Assembly: GCA_039096225.1 (NCBI GenBank)
Contig: JBBPEB010000021.1
Location: 744,001-808,000, forward strand
Length of the DNA stretch: 64,000 nt
Origin: Blastocystis sp. Blastoise
Lineage: Eukaryota; Protista; Bigyra: Opalinata
Direction of reading: 5' to 3'
In this document: positions 30,422 through 45,280 of the stretch, piece after piece
How positions within the stretch are numbered: position 1 is the first letter of the stretch
How the letters are laid out: each line of letters starts with the position of its first letter
Notes under the pieces: model-generated
What the model was told of the DNA's origin: nothing
The model's database searches: none
What the model saw: only the letters and a program-made list of their open reading frames with translations
Program-made: the position numbers and the translations under genes

Positions 30422-32899
30422 ACCTATTGATAAAGAAGTAATATTATCGTAATGTCCTTTAAGTAAGAAATTCATATATTTATCAAATAATGACTCTGGG
30501 TCTTCAACATTTTCAATATATACTATAAAATATATATTATTCAATAATAAATTAGATATATATATATATAAAATAAAACATATACAATTCCTATAAAATT
30601 TATTATAATCTAATAGTTTATAGTCATATAATTGTTGCCATAATTCATCATATTCTTCTATTATATTTGCTTTATAATATATATATATATATAAATTAAA
30701 AACAAATATAAATAATGCTAAAAATATAAAATAATATATATATATACTATGAATAATAAAATGATGTGATTTGCTTATAGAAATACAGGTTTGAACAAAT
30801 AAATCATTAATAGGAAATATCATATCATCATTATTAATAATAATAATATCAATTAATTGCATAAAAGATTCAGGCATGAGAAAAATTAATGTTTTTAACT
30901 CTCTTATTTTATCATTAAGAGATATATAGAAAGTATATAAATGTAATTTTGGAAAATGTTCTTTATTGATTAAAGATAAAATATCTTTTAGTAATAATAC
31001 ATCATTATTCGTTATTTGTAATTCTATTTTATTATAATATAATTATATATAATAATAATAATAATAAATATAATAATTAATATAATAATAATATACTAGT
31101 AATAGACAGTGTAGTAACATTAGGAAAGACATGTGTTGATATTATATCTTTAAATAATTGTATATATTCAGGATAATAATAATCTTGAATAACTATATAT
31201 AATAAAACATAATAATGTATGTATATAATAGTATAAAAATATATATATATACAATCAAATATATTCATTATTTCAAGAGTATCCAATAATCCTTCTTTTA
31301 AATTCTTTAAAAATATCGGAATAGAAGGCTGAAATGTCACTTTTGATGATACTATATATATATATAATAATTATAGTATATAAAATAATTATATATATAT
31401 ATACATTGATGTTGGATTGTTTTTAATTGTTTACATAAAGGTATATTTAGAATAGACTTTATTATTATATCACTTATACAATCAGTAACACTATATTATT
31501 ATATAATTAATGAAAATAAATATTTATAAATAACATATACTTTAATATTGGATGTAAAATATCTTTTACTATATATAAATATTATAGATATAAAATTTAA
31601 GTTATAAAAATATAAATATACCTTTAGTTTCATCTATATATGAAAATTCAAATATAGAATATAATTTCTTGACATTCATATCAATTCCTTTTGTTTCTAA
31701 TTCAAGTTGTTTCTCATTATATTCACGGGAATATTCAGAAATATACTGTATATATAATTTAGGTTTTTCTTTTTTTTTCTTCTTTTCTTATTTCATCATC
31801 AATATATATAATTTCATGATGGATAATAGTATCTTCTTCAATTTGATTATTGAATGGAAATTTAGATACTTCAGTTTCATATATATATGTGTCTTCTATT
31901 TTAGGATGATCAGATATATATTCTTTATAAGAATCAGGATAATATTTCTTATAATATTGATATTTATATTGTTTATAGAATAATGTATAATAAGAATTTG
32001 AAGGAGATATACACATTTCTTCTTTTAATGGATAATAACCAACTATATATATATATACATAATTTATAATAAATACATTTTATTGCATAAGTTTCTAATT
32101 TTGGAAATAATTCATGTAAATTGGAGGGATATATATATTCATAAGGAATATCTTCAGAGAAATCAACTATATATATTAATAATATATATATTATAATATA
32201 AATATAAAAATATATTTATATATACAACTTAAAATAACTTTTGTAATATTATATAAATAAAATAATCGTGAATATTGTAATAATAAACTATTCAAATCTT
32301 TTGTTATCATATCTATATATAACATATATATATATATTTTTGCTATCTATAGAATATCAAATCAAATATACTATTAATCGTTAATGTTCGCTTAGCTTTG
32401 TAATCATAGAAATTATTATTATCTCTATATATATATAAATTTTGACTCATCATAATAGACATACATTGAACAACTATTATTTTTCAGAAACGTTTTAAGC
32501 TTTTCTATTCTAAAATCTTCAAGTTTAAATATATATTCAATATTATCATCATCAAACATAAAAAGTTTCATCGCATTTGAAAAGCCACATACTTCATTTA
32601 TAGGTTAAGAATCAAGATTTATATCATCTTCCAGAAATAAGACGAGATCTTTGATAAAAAATGATGGTGCATCTACAAAATATGCATCATCTTTTTTTAC
32701 ATAATTATTTTCATTTTTGTACGTTAAGAATAATAATGAATTTGGAAATCTGTTTAAGAAAGTGAGCGACACAACTATCTTTGTTTCATCTTGAAAAATA
32801 AATTGAACTAAAATAATTAATAATAGCTAAAGTATAGAAAAGAAACAAAATACTATATTTTTCTAGTTGATTATCATTTTCTTTTGTTTCTATCGACAT
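29046..32899 (-). pseudogene. Multi-exon BTB-like / FPxL-repeat hypothetical gene with inactivating lesions
   Basis: Coherent GT-AG exon chain from FIFQDETKIVV..FLNRFPNSLL..YFVD (BTB-like), but with in-frame TAA at 32605-32607 and 29401-29403 and a +1 frameshift in the T9 run at 31770-31778. Confidence 0.75.
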
Positions 32900-33818
32900 T
32901 TATTTATATCAATATTCTTTATATATATCAATATATCTAGATATTTATATATCTAATGAATTATTCATTGATCTAATGTTAAAAATCGAAATGAAACTTG
33001 CAGAACAAAAAAACGATAGAATTACGATTATATATGGATTTCTCGGTGATAAAAAATAATTGCATAACAAAATAAGAATCTTTTTATTTTTGTTTTGTTT
33101 CCTTAATAATAGGAAATAGTGAATGAAACAGTTCTTTATCATGTTGAGTAACTTACTCTAGTGAAAGGGAAATACTTCAATTATGAAGATTTGTTGAAAA
33201 ATGTTATGAATTTGTTTTTCTGTGCTTCATTTTAGTATTTATTATGTGTCATCAATCAGGTAACTATCTGGTTTTATTGATGACTATTTAAAGAAAAAAG
33301 AATCAGGCACATTTTTCTAATCATGAGAATTTTCTCAATAAAAACAAAAGCTCATTTAAACAACTTATATATATAGACTAAAAGAGTCAATAATAATAAT
33401 AAAATAATAGCAATAATAAAGCAATTAAAAAATAGAATAAGAAAAAAGTTAGATTATAAAAAACAATCATTTTATCTAAGTCAAAACGTTTTGAATAGGA
33501 CAACATTACTTCCTCAATCATTTGAATATCATTTCATATATTAATTACAATATACCATTAGAAGAAAAAAGTCTTTAAATAATAGTATTCATGTAAATAG
33601 TACTTTATTTGTTTTCATCGATAAGGAAAAAACAATATATTCAATAATATTAATAGTCTATCAAAGAAATCATTGATTATTTATATTATATGAATCATTA
33701 AGATTATTATTATAAATATATGTAGTTTTATTAAGAGATAAATAGACTACGAAGCTAAGAAGGTAAATAATTAACATTCTGGATAATATATATATGTTAT
33801 ATATTCAACTGATAAAAA

Positions 33819-36436
33819 CTATTCTATATTTTCGTTTTCATCAATTTCAGGAATATTCAAATCGTTTAATGTATTTGAGTGAGAATGATGATTATTATGT
33901 AATTCAAAATCTTTTTCATTATTCATATTTAAATGATAGACATTCATATTATTATCTATTATTGAATTATTATTAGGTACATTACTAAATATAGAAGAAT
34001 TTCTAGTAGAATCATCATAATTATTTCCAGGAGGATAATCTAGATTTGATGATGGAATAGCTATATTCATATCATAAGGATATATTGTGTTGTTTACTAA
34101 TGGAATAGAATTTGAGACATCAGAAATAAAAGTAGAATTTATTGTTGATTGTTGAGAAGTATTTAAAGGTGCATCAAAAGAAAAACAACTTGAATTTAGA
34201 TAGTTATAATTATTAGAGTTGTATTCCTTATTATTAATAGTATTCATTTTATTATGATTCGTATTAGAAATAGTATAATCAACATAAAAGTCTCCATGAG
34301 GATTTTCAATAAATTGTTGAGAAGAAGACATATATTCTTGTGAATATATATAACCATATTTAGAATCAGATAGAGAATATCCTACAGAAGAAGAATATAA
34401 AATTTGATTATTATTTAATGGAAGGTTTTTATCTTTATTTTGGTTTTTTGTAACAAGAGGAGAAGGAGTAGGAGAAGGAGATGCTATTGTTTGATGAGAA
34501 GATTGTGATGTATCACATTCAGGAGATAATGCTGTATCGATAGTTAATGATGAAAATAAATTCTTAGAAGAATTTGATTTGTTTATTTGTATGCTGTTAT
34601 TAGTGGATATATTATGTTGATAATTATTATTATTATTATATTTTGAAGATGAAAGTGTAGATTGAAATAATTCATCACATAATTCTTTAGATACGTTTTG
34701 TAATTTATTGTGATAATTCGAACAAATTTGAGAACAAATTTGATGATCTGAATTTAATAATATATTAGTATTATTATTATCATTTTGTGAATAGCATGAT
34801 AAAGGAGAATTAATTGAATAATTATCAGAACTATTTGATGACATATCAAAGGAATAATTAGGAGCTGTATATATAATAGATATAGATTTTCTTCTTTTAT
34901 CTGAAGGAGAATTGAAATTATTTGAATAAGCAGGTGATTGACAATTCTTCTTTTTATTAATAGTTTTATTATGGATATCAACCTTATTTGTTATACTCAT
35001 AGAATAAGATCTAACTTTTGGTTCTTTATGTGGTATTATTTCTTGTTTCTCTTTTATTATTATCTATATATATATATGATTTATATTCAACTAATATATA
35101 TATATATAGCTATATATATACATTTTTCTTTATAACTTTTTGAACCCAATCTGCTGACCGACGAGATAAATACTATATAAAAATAATAATTTATTATTTA
35201 TAATATAATATATATATAAAGGATAGATATATAAATAACAATAATGATAGGATATTATATACAATACTAATATCTGCATAACCAAAATTATGATTATATA
35301 GAAAAGAAATAGCATCCATTTCTTCTTGTGTACAAGGACTATATATATATATAGAAATTATAGTAGATAGAATATATTTAATATATCAAAAAAATTAATT
35401 TAGAATAAATTATTATATATATATATTTATACTTTTTAGTATCTCCATATATACAACGAGTAAAACGAGAATTTAATTGTGTTCCAGGCTTATTAAAAAT
35501 AGGATTTTGATTGTTAGTAATATCTTTATTATTTGTATGTGATATAGTCTTATATATATCAGCAATAGATCTCCAATTTAGAGATTTTTCTTGTTTATAT
35601 GAATTATTTTCATTTATATATTTTAATATCGAAGTACAAAGATCTAAATCCATTTGAGGAGTCCATATAGTCTATAAATATATATATATATATATATATT
35701 TATAATTTATATATATAGTGTATAATTAATATTTATAATTAATATTTATAATTTATATATATATACATATTTATAGGATTCAGGTTTGTAATTATAATTA
35801 TCTATATAAAAATACATATTACTATTAATATTAATGAAAATTACTTGTTTTTTTATATGTATAATTTGGATCTTCTTTTAGTGTTATTCTATATATATTA
35901 TCAGAATAAAAAAAATATTATATTATAAAAAAATAGCACAAATTTACCTTAATTCTTTTTCTCTTTCTTTGACTTCAGATTCAATAACATAAGCCATTTC
36001 TTCAGTATATATTTTTCGTTGGACTTTTGGTTCATTTAAATAGCCATCGCTATTACAACATTTTTGAAGAAGTTTAGGTAAATTTTCAATTCTATTCCAT
36101 TCATGTATTATTATCTCTTGATTATTCTTTATCAATTTTGGTTTATTCTTTTTGGAATTATTCTTTTTTGAATTCTTCTTTGATTTATTATTATGATTAC
36201 TAGGTTCTAAAAATGGAGTAAAATCATAATCATCATCCTATAGAATAATATATAGGATAGTAAAAAAAATATTCTTATTTTACTAGAAAAAAATACATTT
36301 ATTGAATTAGATTCGCTACTTGTATCGATATCCTCTTCATCATCACTATATGCGTATTTATTCTAAAGAATTTAATTAAAATATGAATATTTCTAAAAAA
36401 TGTAATCATTACGCGCTCATTCGTATGGGATTTCAT
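33819..36436 (-). CDS. Divergent Myb/SANT-like protein with Asn/Ser-rich C-terminal region (9 exons)
   Basis: IWTPQMDLDL...LNWRSIA...KPGTQLNSRF and a second repeat PCTQEEMDAI...GYADISIYLSRRSADWV resemble tandem Myb repeats. The last exon is low complexity. Confidence 0.65.
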
Positions 36437-38190
36437 TTGTAACAATAAATTTGACACTACTAAGATTTAAAAGGCAGAATAGAACACTATAGAAATATGT
36501 CTATAAAGAAAATGAATATATTACATAAAGAAAATGATCAAATTATAAAAAAGTTAAAAGACTAAGAAAGAAAAGTATGCATGGCAAGACCAGCAAGCAA
36601 TTAAAACAATGAAAATAAAGCATAGAATCAATGATCATGATCTCAAATAGTAAATCCTTACATAAATGTATTCAGAAAACGTTTGTATTATGAACTAAAT
36701 GCAAAATCTATGCTTGCAGATCTTCTTATACAGGAACTACACTCAAAATTATATTTAATCTTTGATAAATACCAATTTGAACCATTTGTGATAGGAAATA
36801 AAAAAGTCATTCTTTTACTAGAATTGGTGAATTATAAAAAATAGTATTTTCAGAAGAATTCAGCCAAATGTTAAAAGCGCGTCATTCTAATTTTCTTTTT
36901 CCCTTTTAGCAAAATGAAAAAACTAAAATAATAAAAAATAGAAATTAAAATACAATTGAATAAATATGAGATTTTTATTTCAAAGATTGCTAGTATTTTT
37001 TATAAAATATATTATATACTATTTTTTCAATAGTACAAAATATAAACTGAACATTTCTTTGAATATTCACTAAACAAAAAATATTCAATAAAAAAATTTA
37101 CATATATTGTTTTTGAATAGTTAATCTACTTTAAAACAAGCATATATATGTGATTTATACATAAAATTTGTTACTTAAACAAAAGAGTTCTATTTTCCAA
37201 TAGAAACTTCTGCATTATACTATTTGAAATAATTCAGTTAATAGAGTCATAAGAATAAAAAAATTATTAAAAAAGAAATGAATACTTTTTTATAAAGATA
37301 TAAAATGAAAGTAAAAGAAATTTCATAAAGGAAATTTTTATTATTTTATTCTTTCATATAAGTGTTAGATGTATATAAAAAAAAAATTTATTATATTTTT
37401 TTAGAGATAGTTTTGATGAAAATGGATAATTATCAAACATTGATAACTATATTGAAATAAGTCAAGTTTCTAAGTTGAAAGATTTTAAATATATATATTC
37501 TACACTTATAGTTTAGTTACTATTGTCATTATACTATAATATATAAGTATGAATGTGTTCTCCATGATAATCTTAACTGCATTATATAATAAAATGTAAT
37601 CAGTACTGATTACATAACATTATATTCATTAATTAATTTTTATATTAATCCTTTATATTCTAATCATATTTTTAAAACTTATATTTATTTGAAATGGCTC
37701 GTATTCAATGTTGACTACCAAATTCTATAGAAATCATTATTAATATATGATTCAAATAAGAATTTATATGTTTTTAGGATTTTATATTTTATATAAATTA
37801 AACTTTTGAGATATTACATAGTGAATTTTTAAACAAATTAATATGATCATAAGAAAAGAATCTTATATTTATATTAATAATAGTCCTGAACATATTTATA
37901 GATCATGAGTACAATATTATATGAATATAATAACCAAAATGTGAAAACAATAAATTATTATCAAATATATTCTTTTAATGCTGATAGAGCATATACCTCA
38001 GGTGTATTATAATCTAGTCGTATGACTTTATCGCCTTATTTAGCATTAAAAGCTATAATTGAATAAAAAAATTGATTTAACAAAATAATCTTGAAACTTG
38101 ATAAGATTTAACACGAGAATTTCTTTTTATTCATAAAAGAATATTAATTTCTATTTTTGTATATATAGATTCATATAACTGTATATAGAA

Positions 38191-40021
38191 ATGGATGTTT
38201 TGTCAGAAGTAGATGATGCTATTGTGAATTTGGAAGTATCGATAAAAAAGATATCTTCATGTTTTTTTTCTTTTTTTTCTCCTGAGAATTTAGAAGGTAG
38301 ATCTGTTCCAAATAATATAAGAGATACTGTAAATAAATATATTGATACTCAAATAGAAGTTCTTAATAAGAAGAAATACATTGCTGAACAATTTACGAAT
38401 CAGTTGGAATGTATGGTGTCTACGTTGATTTCGGATTTTGATGGATGTGAGACTGATGAATTATCAAAGTTACAAAATCAAGTTAATACAGAATTATATT
38501 CATTAATTAATATATGTGGTAAAAAGAGTTTTTTAAACAAGTCTTCATTCTTAAAGGAGAAGATCCGTGTTCCGTCATTTGTAACAAAGAATTCAAATCA
38601 TAATAGAATTATTGAAGAGCCATTATTACGAAAATATCATGGTTGTTTATTAAGTGAGAAATATGCTGATTCGAATAGTTTAAATGAAAATGGTGATGTT
38701 TATATAGATCATGAAGATGTATATTTTAATATATTAATAAAATATATGAATGAAGAATGTATAGATTATGATTCATTTTCACAATTAAAGAAGAATATGC
38801 TAATTGAACAATTTGAATATTTTAAAATGCCTTTTCGTAAAGAGTTATTTGATTTAGCTAGAAATGAAAATGAATATAAAAAGATATATTCATGGAATAA
38901 TAATCGAATACTGGTTGTAAATGGAAAAGATGATTTAGTATTAAGTAATTATTTAAAGAAAAATAATTTAATAGATAAATTATTTAAGAATGTTAAAATA
39001 GAAGATTTGATTTATAATGAAGAAGAGCAATCTATTCGATATAATATACAGTTACAATATCAATCTTATATAGATGAATATATACAAAATAATACAATTT
39101 TATTTAAGCAACCTATAAATCATTTGAATAGTCAATCTATTCTTAGTGAATTTAATTATTTATCTATTCCTTTATCTAGCCCTTTATATTATATTATACC
39201 TTCATTCTATTTTTCTGATTCTATTATTGTTTCTAAAGAATATGATTCTTATTTTAATGAATGGTTTCAAAATATTCAACAGAATTCTACAAAAAAATGG
39301 AATCTCTTATATAGGTAATTTTATTATTCTATTTATATTTATAGTGTATTTATTATTATTTTTTTATTTTTCTGTTTATTATATTTATAGTGTATATTTA
39401 TTCTATTTATATAATTATATGATATATCATTATATATGATATATCATTATATATATTATTATATAGGGCATCAGAACATGATTTTACTTCTTCTTCTTTT
39501 CATGAGTATTGTGATAATTGTGAATATTTATTTATTATAATAAAATGTATAAATAATCATAATAATACATGTATATTTGGAGGATATACACAATTAGGAT
39601 TTATACATCCTTATCATGAAATGAATGGTATATATATATGTTATTATATTATTATAATATATTTTAAATGTTTATATATATATATATAATATATATAGAT
39701 GATTATAAAATATATGATTTTGATGCATTTATATATACATTAAAGAATCCCTATAACACAAAACCATTACAATTTAAACATAAGAATTGTGAATCTTTAT
39801 ATTATAATACATCTTTTGGTCCATCGTTTAATCAAATATTTTCTCTGTGTAATCAAGGAAATATGAATATAAATAATATTATTTATCCGCTTGAATCTAT
39901 TACAAATCCAATTTTTGAATATAATTCTATTTATGAACATTCTATTTTTATTAATAATGACCTTAAAGATATTAATCAATATTTTAAAATATCAGAATAT
40001 GAAGTGTATTCTTATAAGTAA
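38191..40021 (+). CDS. BTB/POZ-like + TLDc domain protein (paralogue 2), 3 exons
   Basis: VYIDHEDVYFNILIKYM BTB segment, then KKWNLLY-RASEHDF..FHEYCDN...IFGGYT...AFIYTLKNP...GPSF...EYEVY. Confidence 0.88.
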
Positions 40022-40555
40022 TTCTCTTTAAAAATTTTTTTTGTTTTCTTCTTTTTTTTGTTATTGTTTTATTTTTTGTTATTATATTATTTGTTCTATT
40101 TTTCTATTGTCTTATTACTATTTTTCTTTATCACTCTTGTTTTTATTATTAAGAATGCTATTTTTCTCTGTAACCTATTTATATATATGCATATATATAT
40201 ATATATTTTTTTTTTGTAAATAAAATACCAATATTATCATATATATTTTATTTTGTTATATATCATTCAATTGTAAATACTTTTTAATATAAATATTAAA
40301 AATATATATAAAATTTTATATTAAACAAAGACTATTTTATTTTTCATAAAAGAAAACCACACAAAAAAATAAAATAGATCATCTGATTGGTAGATTTCAA
40401 ATTTGAAAAAAACTAATACTTGTTATAGTTTTTTTAAATATTTCACATTTAAAACAGATTAAAAAAGTTTTTCATATTTCTTTTACATTTTCTTTTTCTT
40501 GCATATCCTTTTTTTTTGTATTTTAATCATATTCACTAATTTATACTTATAGAAG

Positions 40556-42308
40556 ATGTCTAGAGATCTTGAAAAAGAAAAAGAAATAGATCCAAACAAA
40601 TATTTAGAAGAAGGAATGGTAACATTTCATGGAACAAACAAGAATATTCACTGCTCTATATCTATTGAAAGATTAGTTATGTATCCAACAAGTTACTTGT
40701 ATAAAACATGGTTGCAAGGTGATGATGCAGGATCAAAAGAATTTTATACTGGATATGATGATAATAATTTAGAATTTGTTATTGATCATATGAAAGGAAA
40801 ACATATTGATATTGATATGAAGTCTAAAGCTCAAATTGAAGAACTTCTACAAACATTTAATAATTTAGATGTAACACCACCTGATTATTTATTAGAAAGA
40901 ATTAAGAAAGAACCATGGAATAATGGATCTAAAGGTATCTATCAATATTTATCTTCATTCCAACAACAATATAATACTTATTTTCCTATTTTGAAGACTT
41001 TAAATGAAACAATAAGTAATATGAATAGTACTATATGTAATTTAGAGAAGGATAATAATTTCTTAAAGAGAGAAATTCAAACACTTCAAGAAGAAAATCA
41101 AAGAATAAAAAAATCATTAGATTCTGTTTCAATAACTACAAAAGAAATGAAATTAGAAACTAAAAAATGTAATGAAGATATTCTAATAATAAAGAAAAGT
41201 AATAATGATATTCAAAAAGAAGTCAATTCTATATCACTATTGAATTCAACAATAAAATCAGAAATGAAAGAATTAAAGAATACTCAAGAAAGCAATTATT
41301 CAGAAATCAAAAATCAATATAATTCTTTTTGTTCAAGTCAAAAGAAAACTCAAACTACATTGGAGTCAATCAAAAAAACTTCTACTATTTCATTATCAGG
41401 TAATAATTCTATTAAATATTTAAATGGTTTTGAAAAAAGTACAATTTTTGATATTAGTAATATATATGTAAATAGTTTAATAAACTGGCTTGGTAAAGAT
41501 AAAAAATGGAAATTATTATTTAGGTATGTTTATTTTATTATTATTATATATATATTGTTTATTATTATAATATTTGTTTATTATTTATTATATAATCTAT
41601 TTTTTTTATAATAAACAGAATATCTATACATTTATTATCTATGTATATAGAGCAAGTGAACATGAATATAAAGCAAGTGAATTCCATAAATATTGTGATA
41701 ATAAAGGAGAAACAGTAACTATAATTAAACATATAGGTCATAATAGAATTATAAATATATTTGGAGGATATACTAATCAAAGTTGGAATAGTAGTAATAG
41801 TATATATATATATATAAATTAATATTTTATTATATTTATTATATTATATTATATTATAATATTATATTATACTATTATATTATATAAAATAATATTGTGA
41901 AATATTAAATTATATCATATTCTATTATATATAATTAATAACTAAAAAACTATATATTATTTTTTTATAGGTGAAAAAGATTCTTCAAATGAATTTTTAT
42001 TTACTTTAAAAAATGAATTTAATCTTCCACCAACAAAATATAAACATACAGGAGATGGTTGTGGAATTGCATGTATATTAAAATTTGGTCCTATTTTTGG
42101 AGGTGGTTTTGATAATAATAAAAATTGGCAATGCTCAGATATAAGTATTTGTGATGATTGTTTTAACCAATCAGAATCATGGGTTGGTGGATTCTCTTAT
42201 AATCATTGTGAAACAGTACAAATGAAGAAATTATTTACAAATACAAATAATTCTTATGATTTAAATCCATTTAAAGTTGATGAATATGAAATTTGGGGTA
42301 GATCTTAA
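40556..42308 (+). CDS. BTB-like + coiled-coil + TLDc domain protein (paralogue 3), 3 exons
   Basis: YPTSYLY BTB-like start, long coiled coil, then KKWKLLF-RASEHEYKASEFHKYCDNKGET...IFGGYT...FLFTL...GPIFG...EYEIW. Confidence 0.88.
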
Positions 42309-42605
42309 TTATTTTTATTTATATTTAAATAAAAATATATTAGTATTATTTTCTCTTTTATTTATATATATCCTTTCATTTTATTATATATTTTTTTATT
42401 AGAATCCTATATGTTTGTTATTGCTCTTGTTTCTTTGATATGAATCATTATGTTTTAGTATTCATTATTATGTTTTTAGTTTTAAATGATTATCAACAAA
42501 ACAATAAAAATAATAATTATAAAAAAATGTTTTATTAGTATAAAAGAAATATTAACATATATATTTAAGAAAAATGAATAAATATATAGAGAATAAGAAT
42601 ATTAT

Positions 42606-43043
42606 TTAAAAGAGTAAATCATCGATAGAGTTAGAAACATTATTATTATTTGATGATTTTTTATTTGTTTTAAAAAAAGAACCGAATTTTTGAGCCATTT
42701 GTTTTCCTTTATCTTGTGTAGCTTTTAATTGTTTTGCCATTTTATTCTTTTGTTCATCAAATAATGCTTTTGATTGAGATTGAACAGAATTCATTGAATT
42801 AATTGAATTAATAGAAACAGTTGATGATTTTCGTTTATTTGCATCTTCAAAAGAAAAGAAATCATTTGTATTTGTATGATTTTGAGGAATAGAAGATGTA
42901 TTAGAAATCATAGAAGAAGAAGTAATATTAGTAGTAGAATCATTAAAGAAATCAAATGTATTATTATTATTAGCATTAGTAGTAGTATTATTATTATTCA
43001 TAGACATAGTAGTTGAACCAAAGAAATCATTATTATTCATTAA

Positions 43044-43075
<32 letters not shown>

Positions 43076-43477
43076 TTAAAATATTATTATTATTATTATT
43101 ATTCATTAAATTATTATTATTATTATTATTATTATATAGATCTTGAGGAGAAAAAGAAGGACTCATAATATTATTTGTAGGAACAGGACTATAGGGTACA
43201 TAATTATTATTCATAGAACTATTCATATCAAATGGATTGATAGCACTTGAATATATAGTATTCTTTTCATCAGATATATCAAATGGATTTATAGTATCAT
43301 TTACAGTAGATATATTAGGAGAAGTTATAGTAGATGAAGACATATCAAAGAAAATCGATGTATTATCGTTATTATTTATAGTTTGATTATCAAATAAATT
43401 ATATTCATTGTTGTTATTTGTATTTATATCTATAGTATTATTTATATTAGTTTCATTCATAGAAGGAGGAAGAGGAA

Positions 43478-43510
<33 letters not shown>

Positions 43511-45211
43511 CTATAGAATTACTCATATTAAAGAAATCGGTTGTATCATTTATATTAGTATTAGGTGTAGTATATGTATTATTATTAATTATAGTAGAAT
43601 CTAATATAGGAGTAGAATTCATAGTCATATTCGAAAATATATCATTAGAATCAGAATTCTCTATAGTAGAATCATTTGTCGATAATAGTACTGGATTTTG
43701 AGATTCAAAGGAAGACATTATATTATTATTATTATTATTATTATTATCATTCTTTGTATTCACTATTTTTGTATTATCTTTATTTTTATTAAATAAACTA
43801 GAAAATGTATTCTTATTATTATTTTTATTAATAGAAGTAGGTGTAGTAATAGTATTATTATTATTATATATATCTTCAGATTCATCAGGAACAGGTGAAG
43901 ATGATTTTTTATTTAATTTATTTGTAGCTTCTTTTATATTATTATTCATTTTATTACTTGTTTCTTTTATATTATTACTTATTTTATTTCCAGCTTCTTT
44001 AAAATTATTACCTAATTTATTAAAGAATTTATTTCCAACTGATTTTTTTGATTCTGATTTTATATTTATATCAGTAACTTCATCAGATTTAGGTATTGAT
44101 GATGATGAAGATAATGAAGTATTAAGTGAAGTAGTTGAATCAACTATATTATTATTCATTTCATTTGAATTTAATGTTATATCATTATTTTCATTTATAT
44201 TCATAGATTTTAAAGAATTATTATTTTCAATACTATTCATACTTGTATTACTTTTATTCATTTCTTTTGAATTCTTTTTATTAAAGAAATTCTTAGCATC
44301 ACCAAATGTTTTATTAATATTAATTCCAAGACCTTTCTTTTTCTCTTCATGAGATTTTGTAGATTGTACGGATAACACATCATCCTCTTGTGGATTAGAA
44401 CCATTTGTAACTGCAGTAGAATCCATAGGTACACTAAAAGGATCAAAAGATTGATTTTGGATATTTTTATCTTTTTTACTAAATAAATTCTTTATACCTA
44501 CTGTTGGTATTTTCATATTAAATCCTTTTTTCTTCTCTTCATGGCTTGTTGAAGATGATATAGATAATAAATCATCATTTATAATTGAAATATCTTTATT
44601 ATTATTATCTATATTATTATTATTATCTATATAATAATTATTATTATTCATTGAAGAATCTTCAGAAATAGAAGATGTATTATATTCAGATATAGTAATA
44701 GAAGATGATTCTATATTATTATTATTATTATTATCTATAGATGAATTCTCTATATGTATAGAGCTTTCAGAATTATTATTTATAATTTCATTAATCTCTT
44801 CTTTATTATCATTATTAATGTCTTCATGATATATATTATCATTATTTATATCATTAGAAACAATATCTTTATTATCATCATCAAAAACATTTAATAAGAA
44901 ATTATTATTATTATCACTATTATTATTATTATCCTTATTATTTTCATCAATAAATAAATTATCCTTAAGATTCTTATTATCTATTTCATTATCAGCATAT
45001 TCAGTATCCATATCATTAAATAAATCTAATTGATGCTTAGGAGATGTTATAGGCGTATCTATTGGAGTTACTAATGGAGTTACTTCTGGAATAGTATCTA
45101 ATAATGTATCTGGAATAACTTCAGGTATCTTTTCAGTTATAATAGTAGGAATAGAAGATATATTTTCATACATATCTTTAGTATCTATTATAAATTGATT
45201 ATCACTATTCG

Positions 45212-45280
<69 letters not shown>

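Noticed and set aside
29401-32607. In-frame TAA codons as evidence of stop-codon reassignment
   Set aside because: Intact conserved genes in the window end in TAA and have no internal TAA. The lesions are confined to one gene that also has a frameshift.
36437-38190. 1.75-kb intergenic region as a hidden gene or ncRNA
   Set aside because: No convincing ORF, exon chain or structured RNA recognisable by eye. It is probably the divergent promoter region.
42412-42419. TGTTTGTT motif suggesting Blastocystis-type stop codons created by polyadenylation
   Set aside because: The motif lies about 100 nt after a genomic TAA, and every complete gene traced here has an encoded stop, so no case is supported in this window.
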